Assembly: GCA_965235115.1 (NCBI GenBank)
Contig: OZ249442.1
Span: 18,600,001-18,664,000 of the forward strand
Origin: Laetmonice hystrix
Taxonomy: Eukaryota
Length of the DNA: 64,000 nucleotides
Direction of reading: 5' to 3'
The notes below the pieces were generated by a model that saw nothing but the letters and a program-made list of their open reading frames with translations, searched no databases and was not told the origin of the DNA. Each line of letters opens with the position of its first letter. The stretch's first letter is position 1. The translations under genes and the position numbers were made by a program. Below are positions 1 to 11,941 of this stretch, piece after piece.

Positions 1-987
1 ATTTTTCTTTAGGATTAAGACAAAAGATTCAGTCGGTTTTATTTCATTATTGCTTTCCTATTTTTAAAACCTCAATTATCTTATCAAGTGAAACTTGTTC
101 TGATTATAACACCAACAATACAATGGCTTTTGTGTATCACTTTGTGCAGCGGTGTTCAATATTACGTTTAGAACATTTGGGTTTTTATGTGACAATCGGA
201 GATGTGCTGGAAACTTCAAAAGATTCCATGCCCATTACTGTCACAAAGCACGCAAATTAACATGCACAATTGTAAGTCCCAACAATGAACCTTAAGTTGA
301 GCAGCAAAAGAAGCAGACAGAAGAATGCCATTTGATAAGAAATACATAGTCATTTTCGCATCTAATTGCTCATAGGGACGTCCCTGATAATAGAACCATA
401 GAAATCACAGCTACGTGCATGACAATGACTGAAATTGAGACTGGATGAATGATGTCGTACGCTGTGATTTGTCTTAACATTCATTACGACAGTTTATTTG
501 AAAGGCGCTTTGGTATTGTGGTCCCGAGGAAAGCCGCCATTCTATTGCCCTATAGGATAATTTTAAAAAAGAAACGCATGTCATGAGCATTCTCTTCATT
601 CTTCGTGTACTGAACAAAGAATGTTTTTTAAATCACTGCTTGAATGGATGCTTTTATTATTTTTTCTATGCCTTAACCAATGCATGCATACGTGGCTTGA
701 TAACATGGTACACCTGTGCTCTATTAGGAAATGTTGTGCACCGCTCAGATCTGCTAGCACGGGCTTCAGATACACCTTGGCCTGTTTCTACTGTATTACC
801 AGTCTTCATAGATGTGGTTATTCTTTAATCTCAGTAATGGGACTGATCAGTTTTCAAATGCACGTATTGCACAGCAAAATCAAGTGATGAACGAAGTCTC
901 TTCAATGGAAAAACCAAGACTTGTCTTATAGCAACAGATTACCGGTAATGGTTTTGATCAAGTTTGAGGTCGATTTCTTTGTTGCAG

Positions 988-1050
988 TTGATGGAGACAG
1001 TGGAGGAAAGGCAAGACGCCGAAAAAAGATGGCAGCTTGAAAAGCAGAAG
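988..1050 (+). CDS. Internal coding exon (first visible here) of an uncharacterised coiled-coil protein; LMETVEERQDAEKRWQLEKQK
   Basis: Acceptor ttctttgttgcag ends at 987 and donor GTGAGA starts at 1051. The exon is 63 nt, phase 0/0, open, E/K/Q/R-rich, and joins the next exon in frame. Upstream exons are probably outside the window. Confidence 0.8.
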
Positions 1051-4000
1051 GTGAGACTATAAAGGGCGTCCTCTAGTATTATATAATATAATCTTCCAAA
1101 CCGATTTAAAAGGTTATAGCCAGTGTAGAGAGGTAAGGATTTAGAATGGGCGAATGTGAATTATATCCAGTAAGTGACCTTTGAAATGAACTTTGCAATA
1201 CCCTATGTACAACATGTATATTGATTTTTTTTAAACCCATTTTTTATATTAAATCGAGTTTCTAGAAATGATATAAACACCTTATAGCCGTCTCAAGAGG
1301 TACCAAACGTGGGAAATGTCAAGTATGTTTCAATACAAAGAGTTTCAACGATCATCTAACATATGAAAATCCTGGTACATCCCAGTAAAACAACTGATGT
1401 ATGGTATACTGCCTTATAATTATATGATGGGTGTATGCATTACTTGTTCTGATTGTTCCAACAATACATGTAATATATGGTCATAGAGGCTACAGTATTG
1501 TCGGTGAGACAGTTTTTCACCCACATATAGTCAGTCATTCCATCCCAGACAAAGATTGGTCAATTTACAGATCTAGCAAAAAGTAGTTGGGGTCACCACG
1601 ATTACAATTATCTCATAAATGGGTGATATGCTGCCGGCCTCATTTGCCATCATTCGCAGTGACCCAACCATTCCGAAGTAATACGTAATATGTCCGGTCA
1701 TCCTAATTATTTTGGTTTCAATGCCTGATGTGTTTTCATACATGAAATGAAGAATTTGTTCACAGCAGGGATTTATGCAATCCCTCAATTGTTAAGGTTC
1801 AAGGGTGACTTTACTATAGGTAACAATTGAATGGTTAAAGACGACATGGGGGGAGGCAATCCCAGACGGCACGTCTCGAAGCCTGTGGCATGATTTTAAA
1901 GGACGGTGATCGGAAAACAGGATTCCTTTTGCCGCAAATAGCTTGGTCATATAGCGCAAACGTTGAAATTCCGTTTTACAAGTTTTATATGAGGAAATTT
2001 AAACCGAACCTCTGATTTCTGAAATATAACATCACTAAATGTGACGTAGTGCTCCATATAAGCTCATGATGGGGAAACTGAAGGTTGAATTACAACATCC
2101 CCATGGATCTAGATAGCCAACATAATTGTGAGACAATTGTACCTCGGAATTAGGCTTGTTGACGGCACAGAGCGGAATACGGTGTGACACATTGGCTTAT
2201 GACTCAGGCGAGGCATCACTGCTTGGCTCTGCCCTTTTGGTCTATGTGATATTTGTGTATTTTCACATGTTTTGTTATTCATTGGATGATGCTCAGTGAA
2301 TCCCAATCATATGTAACTTATTGTGTGAAGGAAGATAATGCACATCTGTGTACATTTGACCTTTCTTGCCCTTGAGGTAGGATAGAATTGTACATGGGTC
2401 TAAAATAGTAAACAGATAAATAAGATAAACAGAATTACTGTAGTTTTTAAACTCATGATAGAAATGGAAAGTTTTCAAACCTTGCAGAAATGGTAACGCA
2501 TGCCATTAAATTTGCGAACTATTACAAAATATAGGATTATATCTACCCGTTACGAACTCTATCGCCAATGGGTCCAAAGTGCGGGACAAAGGAAATGAAT
2601 GGGCACATTCCATGAAAACCTTAATGCACTCTCTGGAATTTATTTTCCTCCAGACCTTCATAGGTCCCCTAAAGAAATTAAGTTTATGGCACTTATGAAA
2701 GATTTCTATTTTGGCAGAGGTCCTGGCATGCCATAAATAAATGACCTCTGCCTCAGTGATAGAAAGTGACTGAGAATACGCGCTGTCGGCTAAATTAATG
2801 GCTTTCAAACACTGTCCAGGCTTCCACATGTGAACGGGCGCCCTGCCCTAAAGAACGATAATAATTAGTGATCAAGAGTGCATGTGAAGTGTAGGCAGTG
2901 TTGATGAATGTGATGTATTTGGGCTGGAGCTTTCAGTCAGGAGGCCTGGGCAAAGGTCCTCGGGTTAGGACAATGGTATGCCGGGGTTTTCTGTCCACCT
3001 GGAGTTCACCATCTCATTTCAGCCCTGTCAGCCCGGGTCATATTCGCAGGGCTCAGTCCGTCGAAGCTGTTCCTTTGTTAATTAGTTGCTTGCATCATTG
3101 GCCCCTGTGAATGGTTGCATTTCCATAGATCCATGCGTCCCCCGGGACGGTAGTGCTCCTGCATGGCGCCTATTAATGAAGGTTGTGGTTTAAGCTCCCG
3201 TACCATAACCCAACCTTCCATCAGGCCTGACCCGGGCCACCAGATGTGGCAGTTGGCAAAAGTCATCACCAGTCCACCTACCACCCGCACTATTTTATTG
3301 TTGCCATGGGGGCACTAAAGGCTCACACGCCAACACATCCAGTCACTGCTTAGTGCTTTTTAATTCTTCTGATTTCTTAGGTGAATCACTTGTTAGAATT
3401 GATCAGGATATTTCTAGAAACCTTCATTACATTTTTTCCTCCAAAGCGCCGAGGTGACATTGGGAAGGTCGCAGGGATCATGCGGTTATTACGTCCCTGT
3501 GCGGGTTGGAATCAATGCATAATTTTTGAGGTGCTTTGAAAGACGTATTCATTTTATACAGTGATCAGAGAAATGTGAAGTGGCGTGGCCCGATTCAGCA
3601 GAAAGAGTCAGAATGACATAGGTTACATTCCACTCAACTCCACGTTCCGTATAGCCATAAGTAAGATATTTGATAAGTTATATGATTTAACAGTTTCGAA
3701 CTTTTTTCTTTCAATTCATATTCTTCCAGTTCGTTGTGTGCCTCGCTTATGAGAAATTCATCTGATTTTCTGCAGAGCTTAGCCAATAGAGCTTTGCTTA
3801 CAGCTTTCACAATTATTTCAGGACGAGAAGCTGGATCAATAGTAAAGGTACAATGGACGGTATCTGCGAGATATCATATATTGCCTTCGTGCTGCCATTC
3901 ATCATGCACACATTACTTTAATCTGATTTTATGATGGACGAGTGTTCTATGTCTGTCCAGCATGAAAAAGCAGTATTCAAGAGCAGGCAAGACTTCCCTG

Positions 4001-4799
4001 AGGTCATTATGTCAGTGTACACATCAAAAGTCAAATTACATCAAAGCACTTTAGCCACTTACGCTGGTATGCTAGGCCGACTTTTGCCAGGGACACAGTG
4101 GTCTACAATAATATCTGCATACAATTTCCCCATTACAGCAAGTTCTGCCAAGAGACGCGGTCCATCGCGTCCAGGTCAGAGCTCAGCTTTTCCCACTATA
4201 CATCGGCCAGTATCTGGGAATGATTTTTGAAATGGCGGAATTAGCCTGTCCACTGGGTCCTAGCATACAATAACAAATGTCACCATTTGGGAGATCTGAA
4301 ATAACAACTGGAGAACAATCAAGGCAGCTACACTCATTTCCAAAGAAATCGAACTCATCTCATGAATGGCGTGGCTTTCTACCATGGGACTTAAGATGCA
4401 GAAAGTTGATACATTACAGTAGAAATTTTGCGCTGCTATTGTCTTTCCGTTCTATTAATATCTTTGGCGTTTACACCGTAGAATCCATAGGAAGATGCTG
4501 CCATCTGGATACAGAGATCCCATCTCCAGCCCAAAGGATGAGGCTGGGTTTAAATGTGATTGCTTGTATCGTTAGGAATAATTAATCGTTTTTCAAATTC
4601 CGTTAGAGTTCACTGGCAGTGGTCAGTGCTTGACAAATGTGACTGTCGCACGAATACATCCTAGCCTCAGAACGAGAAAGCTCACGCCAGAGAAATAACC
4701 ATCAATCGTCCTCTCTACAGACATTGTTTCTATTCACAGATTCATAATTTTCTGTCAGAGCCTCTCTGCCCTGCTCCTTCAAGAGGCTGTGAGTTAAAT

Positions 4800-5220
4800 T
4801 AGGTCAGAAATGATGAATGGGTCAAGCTAGTCCTTTGTAGAAACCTTTAGATTTATTGTACTTGGGGGGCTTAGTGGTGCAGAGTGATTTTGCAATGGTC
4901 AGTATGTGGGAGGGTGACTGTTGCCCTGCAGGCATTGGTTTGATGTGAAAATGTCCAACACTGAAGTAATGGTTTCTTCGGTGGACCGAGTGTCAACACG
5001 AACCTACAAGTCGACTTGTTCAAATGTGATCCATACCTGCCTGACCAGTACGTGATCCATTAGGATAATCCCTGCTCCAGTCTCGATTCTATCGCTGTCT
5101 TGCGTTAAATAAGTTAAATAAGTTAACACAAAGGTAGACATGGGGAACACGTGTACAGGGAAATTAATGTCGCCCACATTTTTTACCATCTAAGTAATTT
5201 AACAAAACGACGCTGAGAGT
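4800..5220 (-). mobile_element. Decayed non-LTR retrotransposon (CR1/L2/Jockey-like) APE endonuclease fragment in the intron
   Basis: The minus strand reads VGDINFP ... VDTRSTEETITSVLDIFTSN, then after a frameshift VTLPHTDHCKI. These resemble the GDFN, PTR..LDL.LTN and SDH motifs in the right order. Contains stops and frameshifts. Confidence 0.5.
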
Positions 5221-5518
5221 ATGACAGCCTTGGGTACCTTACAAAAACATTTAAATTTACGGTAGCATGATACTGTGTCCCATCCTCTGCTGTTTCTTTT
5301 AAGTTTGTTAAGTATCACCCAAACGTGGCCTGATAATAAGCGATATTTTAACAAGTTAGGAGGAACCCATGACTACAAGATTACCGGGGAAAAGATCCCT
5401 TTTCAAATGCTTTGCCAATGATCTGTATATAGGGGTAATAGTTGGCTGAATAGAAGTACCTTTGGGTATTTATCTGATAACTCTGCTGAAGATTAAATTT
5501 GGTCTTCGCTTCTTCCAG

Positions 5519-5608
5519 TATGAAACTGAAATAGAGAGATGTGGACAAGAAAATTCAAGGCTTCGGGCTTGCCTCGCTGATACACAGAAAAAGGACGTTG
5601 TGCTTGCC
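5519..5608 (+). CDS. Internal coding exon of the same gene; YETEIERCGQENSRLRACLADTQKKDVVLA
   Basis: Acceptor cttcgcttcttccag ends at 5518 and a consensus donor GTAAGT starts at 5609. 90 nt, phase 0/0, coiled-coil-like composition. Confidence 0.88.
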
Positions 5609-6203
5609 GTAAGTCAACATCATGAACATCATGAAAGCTTTTGCATTGGTACTCCAAGTGATTAAGACTTACCTTGATCAAGTCTACAGTGACGCCGCAA
5701 GATACTGATTTGCTGATCTTCTTCAGCCACTTACTTTTTCATGACTTTGAAAACTTGTAAAGTCCGACATCATTAATTTCTAATCACAGTAGCAGGATCA
5801 GTAATACAGTATCCTCGGTACACGTTACACATCTTTATTTTAATGGCATAATATCGCCGGTAATTGCTCCTCTCTTATCGAGCAGACTTTTTGCAGCAGT
5901 CATGTAATATGCGATTAGTGGTTATTACTGTATCACTTTGTGATAACATCAAAACGTTTCTAACATGTATATCTCATTACGCGATTTTGCATTCATTTCT
6001 GTAAGGATGGATGTAATTATCTGACAGAAGATGAATAAATAATTTAGAATATCGTAAAGCCCAAAGATATGCTTACATAAACATTTTGTAAAGATTATGC
6101 TTGAATAAACATTTTCCTTAAATAAACATTTTGTTCTTTACGTTAGAAATACGATGGCTTCGTTGTTGTCGCACCTGACATGTCTTTTTTCTGTCCATTT
6201 CAG

Positions 6204-6893
6204 GCATTGCAAATGCAGTTTGATAAAATCCAGGAAGAATTGACCACATTAAAAGAGGAAAACGTACAGATGGAGCAGGTGAAAAAGTACCAGTTACAAG
6301 AAATTGAACATCTTAATAGTGTGAAAGAAAGGAACGACCATCTAATTGAAGAGCTGCAAGTAGCCAACCAGAAAAACAAAGAGTTGCAATTCCGAAACGC
6401 GCGTTTAGAACGGGAGCTGAATGATGCAGGTTATAGTGAACAGGAGGATCGTATGAACACGCTAAAAAATAAACTGACCTTGCTACATCAGGAGCGCTCT
6501 ACGTGGACCGACAAAGAAAAGAACTACCAAGCTCAGATCCAGGCACTAAAGGACGAGATTTCAAAGCTACGCAAGGCTTTAGCTGATTCGGAACGAATGC
6601 GTGTAGATTTACATAAACAAATTGACGCTTTGGTGGAAGAACTCGATGCTTTGCGGCAGAAGTCGGCGTTTGACCGGACTGGCCAGGCTTTCAAAGACTT
6701 TGTCCAAATAAAAAGAGAAGTTAGTAATTTACGTGAGGAAAATGATGATTTAAAAGGCAGGTTAAGGACGAGAAGTGGCTTATTACCAAGTTTGAAACCG
6801 AACGGTGCCACGGCATGTCCGTCACCGCGCAGTGGAAAGTCCGAAAGGAGAGTCAGGGAGGTCAGTTCAATGACGCTCTTTGGTAGGAGGTAG
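6204..6893 (+). CDS. Terminal coding exon of the coiled-coil protein (ALQMQFDKIQEELTTLKEE...SSMTLFGRR*), 229 aa plus stop
   Basis: Longest ORF in the window (6180-6893). Acceptor tctttttttctgtccatttcag ends at 6203 and the stop TAG is at 6891-6893. Strong heptad pattern of L/I with E/K/Q, followed by a low-complexity basic S/P/R tail. No family recognised. Confidence 0.92.
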   Translation, partial: ALQMQFDKIQEELTTLKEENVQMEQVKKYQLQEIEHLNSVKERNDHLIEELQVANQKNKELQFRNARLERELNDAGYSEQEDRMNTLKNKLTLLHQERSTWTDKEKNYQAQIQALKDEISKLRKALADSERMRVDLHKQIDALVEELDALRQKSAFDRTGQAFKDFVQIKREVSNLREENDDLKGRLRTRSGLLPSLKPNGATACPSPRSGKSERRVREVSSMTLFGRR

Positions 6894-9469
6894 TCTGGCT
6901 GGCAACCCGGTATTTTACGTTGCCGGTAATACGTCAGTCCTAGAACCTGTGTCATTGATCGATCCTGACTAATTACCTTTAGGGTTCTAAAATTTGTATA
7001 TCTGCATCAAGTATTGAAGGGGGTATACGTGTGCTTGCATTGGTGTGCATGTAGATGGGGTTTTATTTAAACAAGATAATAACAACATGTTACGTTCTGT
7101 ATGTAAGTGTATGATGGATGATGTATAGAATGTACTGAGCAGGGAATCGCTGAATGATCCACAGACAAGTTAAATCCCTTTAGAAATGTCACTCTGAAAG
7201 CTTTGCGCGGTTGATAAATAGCCCAACGGTCATCAGGGTGCTATATGGCAACAAAACAATGACAATGTTTTGTCCAAAAACCCACTTTTTATAATTATAC
7301 TATCAATATCGGGAGGAAAACGTTTGGATTACATGGATTCAACCTTGTATTATAAGGCAGAGTGTATACGCAGACACGGGCGGTCACCGATTCCAAGTAG
7401 TATATAAAGAAAATGCTTTGTCTCAGGAGTCTTTGTCCAATATTATCAGTTCGTCATTCAAAGAAAAAAACACCAGTTAGGACACTGGTAATTCATCAAG
7501 CTGGTAGTCGCGCGAGGCAACAAAAACATCACTGCCAGAGTTGTTGGGTTTCTTCGATAGGAAGACTGCTGCCATTGACCAAATACCAACTCGATTTGCA
7601 ATTGCTAAAGACTGCAGCGTATCCGACTGCATGGCAGCATCTCTACCAGCGGGCATTAGGGCTAACAATGATCGTCAAGACTAAGGCATACTTGCATGCA
7701 TAGATCAACTGGTGTACGCCGGCGATTGGGAAACGACAATAACTTACATTCTCCAACCGTCACTTGTAACTAAGGATGGAGTAATCCGTGCGTAGTAACG
7801 CTTGATGAAGAAAGTGGCCCGACGTCAAAAGGGATTGTTATGGTCATGGCCGTAACTGTACTCGTCTGTTACTCATCTTTGTCAAATAGGTTCTTATCAT
7901 TCACATCCTTATGTCATGTCTTTGGGATGTGCAGATACATTTAAACATTTAACACATTTAAACCGACCAAGGCATAGCGAGTTTCGCCAACCCCTAGTCA
8001 GCCTTACAAAGATTGTGTAATGCGTAATGTGTGGCGACAGTTTGAACTTGGATGTAAACTTACGTAAATAATCTTGTTTTAAATCCCGACTCTCCCCAAA
8101 CGGCGAATCCCAGACGAGGTGAATGTGTTTATTGTCATCTGCACACATCTAGAAGTATAAACATGAAGGTGGGGATTTTCTTTTGTTGTGTATCTAATGG
8201 TACTTTCTGTGATTCCTGATTATTTGCCCCCCCCCCCCCCCCCCCATTGCAACATTATAGATAGACATGTGAAACACTGGATATCTCCATCGACCCTTCC
8301 AGGTCGGCCCTTACGAGAAAATGAGTCGTTAGTTGGGCGCCACGATGTCCAAAAGAACATTCTCACCAGATTTATATCTCATTACCGAGTCGTCTACTGA
8401 CGAACGCAGGTGCTGACGAAAAACCATTATAGAAACAAACTCCCAAATCCGAACGAGGCGCGTCTCTCTCGTGATTAAAAAATCGCATGATGAAGGGACA
8501 CCCCGGTCCTTTTGTCATCATGCTATCTCCGTTTGGCCTTGCATTATTGCCCACTAACATATAATCATCGTATTCCCGTCCACCCAGGCCCATTTCAGTC
8601 GCCACGGGCTTCTATACTAGACAAGACTGGCTGCTTGAAATTCCATACCTGTGAACAATAACGGCACATCCCCACGCAAGTCATCACGGTATTCATTTAA
8701 AAGTTTCGACGAATTCAACTATCTCTCGCTCTCTAGACAGAGAAAGAAAAAAGCCGGTGTAAATATAGAATGGCATGCTGTGATACTGCATGGTGTGAAA
8801 TACCTGTATCATCTAATACCAAATAATTCACTCTATAGGGCGGATGAAAGATGAGATCAAACCTCTCTACCAAGGTTGTCTCTAAAGGCCATGCCTGGGC
8901 ACATCCTGACCCCTGCCCAGACATGGCCCAGCCACGCTGACCGGAAATTGGCCGTCAGCTATTGCTCGCCACGTGCGTCCAATTTATCCTTGGTCTCTCT
9001 TTGGTCTTGACAGCGTTTAAACTACGTCTAACAATGAGATATCATCACAAGGACAGATATATCAAAAATTATACACTGTTATAGCGTCGGTTGGTATTAC
9101 CGTATGTTGGAACTCGGGGGGTGTAGGCAAAATTGTGCAACCAGCAAGTATAATCTGATTCTAATGGCATAACGCAAGGAAACAGGATAGCAAACAATAC
9201 ATGGACACAAGGAATACATACGCAGGCAAGATAGCACGCACAGGGACATATATATGCATACATAGGGAATACAATGATATTGGTTATCTTCTACCAATCC
9301 AAGGACTTTAAACAGCGCATTCCTCCATTGACAACCTGTCTCAGACTTGGGAACTCGAGAGAGAAACCAAGAAATGATAGAAATACATGTCGAAAAAAAG
9401 ACACCCTTTTGTGACGTGTAAATGAGCATTACGATTCCCATTTCCTTCATTTCTTTGATCTTCAATTTT

Positions 9470-10250
9470 CTTTACCATGCACGCGTGCTGCCTTTTAAAA
9501 GGCGCGCAAATTGTGGCTGCGGGGTAGGGAGCGATGCGCATCTCTAAACATCAAAGGAAGGGCGCGTCCTTTGAACTTCAGTGCCATTGGAGCACATGGA
9601 GACATGTCATACGGCGAAGGAGCAGGAGAAAAAGTTGGATAGCGACCATCACGCACGTTTCCGGCAGCGCAGTCAGCCGCTGTTAAAAAAGGTAGCTGTG
9701 GTGTTAATTGGCAAGTCGATCACATTAGCTTTATATTCATGTTCTAACCCATGTTGTCCTCGTACTCCCGTCTTCTTATAGGCCGTATGCCACGGTGGTT
9801 TATAGGATGGACTGGGTGCCCGGAAATATTACATATTCAATTAAATAAGCCGCATGAAAACAAGGGTTCTTGAAATCGTTTTGGTCATGCGTTGAGGAGA
9901 TCGTTTCTCCTTCCTACCCCAAGCACGCGTGGGAAATCGCCTTTGTCATCTATCGCGATACATGTCGCTAATTAGTGTCAAGGATTAAAATGGTATTTGA
10001 TGGATTGCGCAATTATCTGTTGAACTATGCAAAACAATGAGCGACACAGACTAAATGGTGGAGATTGCGAGGAACAACGGCAGGAATCACAGGGAGGAGA
10101 ACTTGCTCAGCGGCAGCGATGACAAATGAGAATCGGGACAAGATGGCATTGGCGCGCGACGTTTCAGGCTGCACCAATTAAACTACTGCCACCAGCAACT
10201 CCCCTCCTAATGGGCAAATGGCAACGGGTGTAAAACTAAGTTTGTAAATG
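9470..10250. promoter_or_regulatory. CpG-rich island-like regulatory block
   Basis: Visibly dense CG/GCGC relative to the flanks. Contains ACATCAAAG (9548-9556), CCTTTGAA (9568-9575) and the GCACGCGTGC palindrome (9479-9488). No coding-like ORF. Confidence 0.45.
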
Positions 10251-10884
10251 CTTATTCTTTAAGACAACGCGTTCACAAATGAGGCAAGTACCTCGGCTAA
10301 TGCTCTCGAAATTGTGTCACTTTATCTCTGGTGGCGTGCAATGAAGATAATTTGCAGCTAAATAGTTATGAGAATAGCTGGAGCTGACGTAACAAACACC
10401 ATGATGCTCTTGGGAGATCATCTCCCTAATTAAAGTGAACTGGCTTCACTGCCGCCAGGCTATAAATAATGTAAAAAATAACGCAGTACGACACATGCGA
10501 TGCCGGCTGAAATTAAGATAGTAATCAGGGGAAAACCGTGCTCCGACCAACAGTGTTTTATGGCTCCACTCAAAAAGCCATGGCAAAGACAGTATAGGTT
10601 AATTATGAGCAATTAGGTCTGCCATAGACTTAAACACATGATGGATATTATGGTACTTAGCGTGAGAGAAAAAGGTGGTTAGGTTGTTTTCTTGTTAACA
10701 CCATGTGTGATATCTTTCAATCCACCCAGTGACGGCACCAATTAAACAGCCATCAATCAGGTCGAGTTATTGCCGCAATAGAAACAATTGTAAGCCAAAT
10801 GGTCACCGCAGGAATTTGTTGTCTCTCTGAATCCCAGTGGGGTATAGGCCTAGTCCCAAGGCGCAGACAGCAAGACACGTCCTT

Positions 10885-11170
10885 CATGGCGCGGATCCAG
10901 GGGTAAATTGAGCGGGGGCTAGCATACCCCCCCCCCCCCCCCCCCGCCCCCCACCTCATCCTTCGAACCTTTTTTTTTTGCTGGTCACTTTTGAAATTTC
11001 ATTAAATACAGCATTTTTTGCTCCAAAATGCACCAAATGTCACCAAATGTCACCTTAAATTTAAAAGAAATGTCGGGCTGCACTATGTCCCGTGCCCTCC
11101 TGGCAGGGCTTCGCGCCTTTGGCTCCAACCTGTCCAAGGCTCCTAGCTAAAAATCATAGATCCGCCCAGG
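10885..11170. mobile_element. Non-autonomous DNA transposon (MITE, probably hAT-type) with GGCGGATC-type terminal inverted repeats
   Basis: Left end CATGGCGCGGATCCAG, right end TAGATCCGCCCAGG. The interior has a poly-C tract and a caccaaatgt duplication. No target-site duplication visible. Confidence 0.6.
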
Positions 11171-11789
11171 CTGCTTGGCCCAATTTTCTGATAAGGTTGA
11201 GTAATAAATATAAAATGTTAAAAAACAAATACGCGTTTTCCTGGCATCTGGGAAATAAATCCAAGGTTTCCCAGGGGGCAGCTGCCCCCTGCCTCCCCCT
11301 CCCCCGCTATCTACGGCCCTGGGTAGGTCTAAAGAGCGTAAGGTCCTTCTTATCTAGAGGGAGGAAATTTCATTGTAGGGAGTGTGCCTCCTGCATATAT
11401 GTATTGATCTTTCATCAAATAGACCATTCTGAATGATTAGGCCAGGGTATACCCCTGCCCAGATCCCCCCCCCCCCCCTAAAAGGGAAGGCCCCTCCGAG
11501 GAGAACCCTTAAAATAACGTCTAATAGAGGCATAATAATAAAAGGCTGTAGACTCTATGCTTATAGGCCTACTATAGGCATACTCTATAGTCTAATACAG
11601 AAACGTAACTGAACCGGCGGCTGTCCCCCTCCTAACTGAGATCTATAGCGGCTATTGGTCTCTTTGATTTGGTCCCCTCCACCGCAAACTCTGATTATCT
11701 TCCGGTGGCAATTTGAGGGATGTCCACACGTGGGCCTACGTCACATTCCTTCCACCTATAGGGGCCGATACGGTACCGCCACCGCTTAC

Positions 11790-11941
11790 CGGAACAAACT
11801 CCCGTTTGCCAGCCCGCCTTTTAGAACGTCACACGTAGGGCTTTAATTTGCCACCAGGTGTCGCATTTTAATAATGTGCGTTCAGAAATCCAGAAAACTT
11901 CGGGAACTTGTAAGAACAGCGGGTCGTTTCACTTTGTAAGT
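11790..11941 (+). promoter_or_regulatory. Putative promoter and non-coding first exon ending at a GTAAGT donor
   Basis: CpG-containing stretch between two TAGGCCTA-rich flanks, with a CTCF-like CCACCAGGTGTCGC at 11851-11864 and a consensus donor GTAAGT at 11936-11941. No downstream coding exon identified. Confidence 0.35.

Noticed and set aside
171-271. Possible upstream exon ending at a GTAAGT donor (272)
   Set aside because: The phase-0 translation (CDNRRCAGNFKRFHAHYCHK...) does not fit the coiled-coil protein and the acceptor is weak.
3178-3218. 12-bp bulged hairpin in the intron
   Set aside because: Too short for a pre-miRNA and within chance expectation.
6533-6955. 140-aa minus-strand ORF overlapping the terminal exon
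   Set aside because: Antisense shadow of the E/K-rich coiled-coil frame, with S/F/L-rich composition and no independent support.
7477-7668. Minus-strand ORF as the last exon of a convergent gene
   Set aside because: Weak acceptor, an in-frame stop just upstream and no recognisable protein.
8733-8924. GPCR TM3-like string TTLVERFDLIFHPPYR on the minus strand
   Set aside because: No flanking transmembrane helices in any continuous or spliceable frame; chance resemblance.
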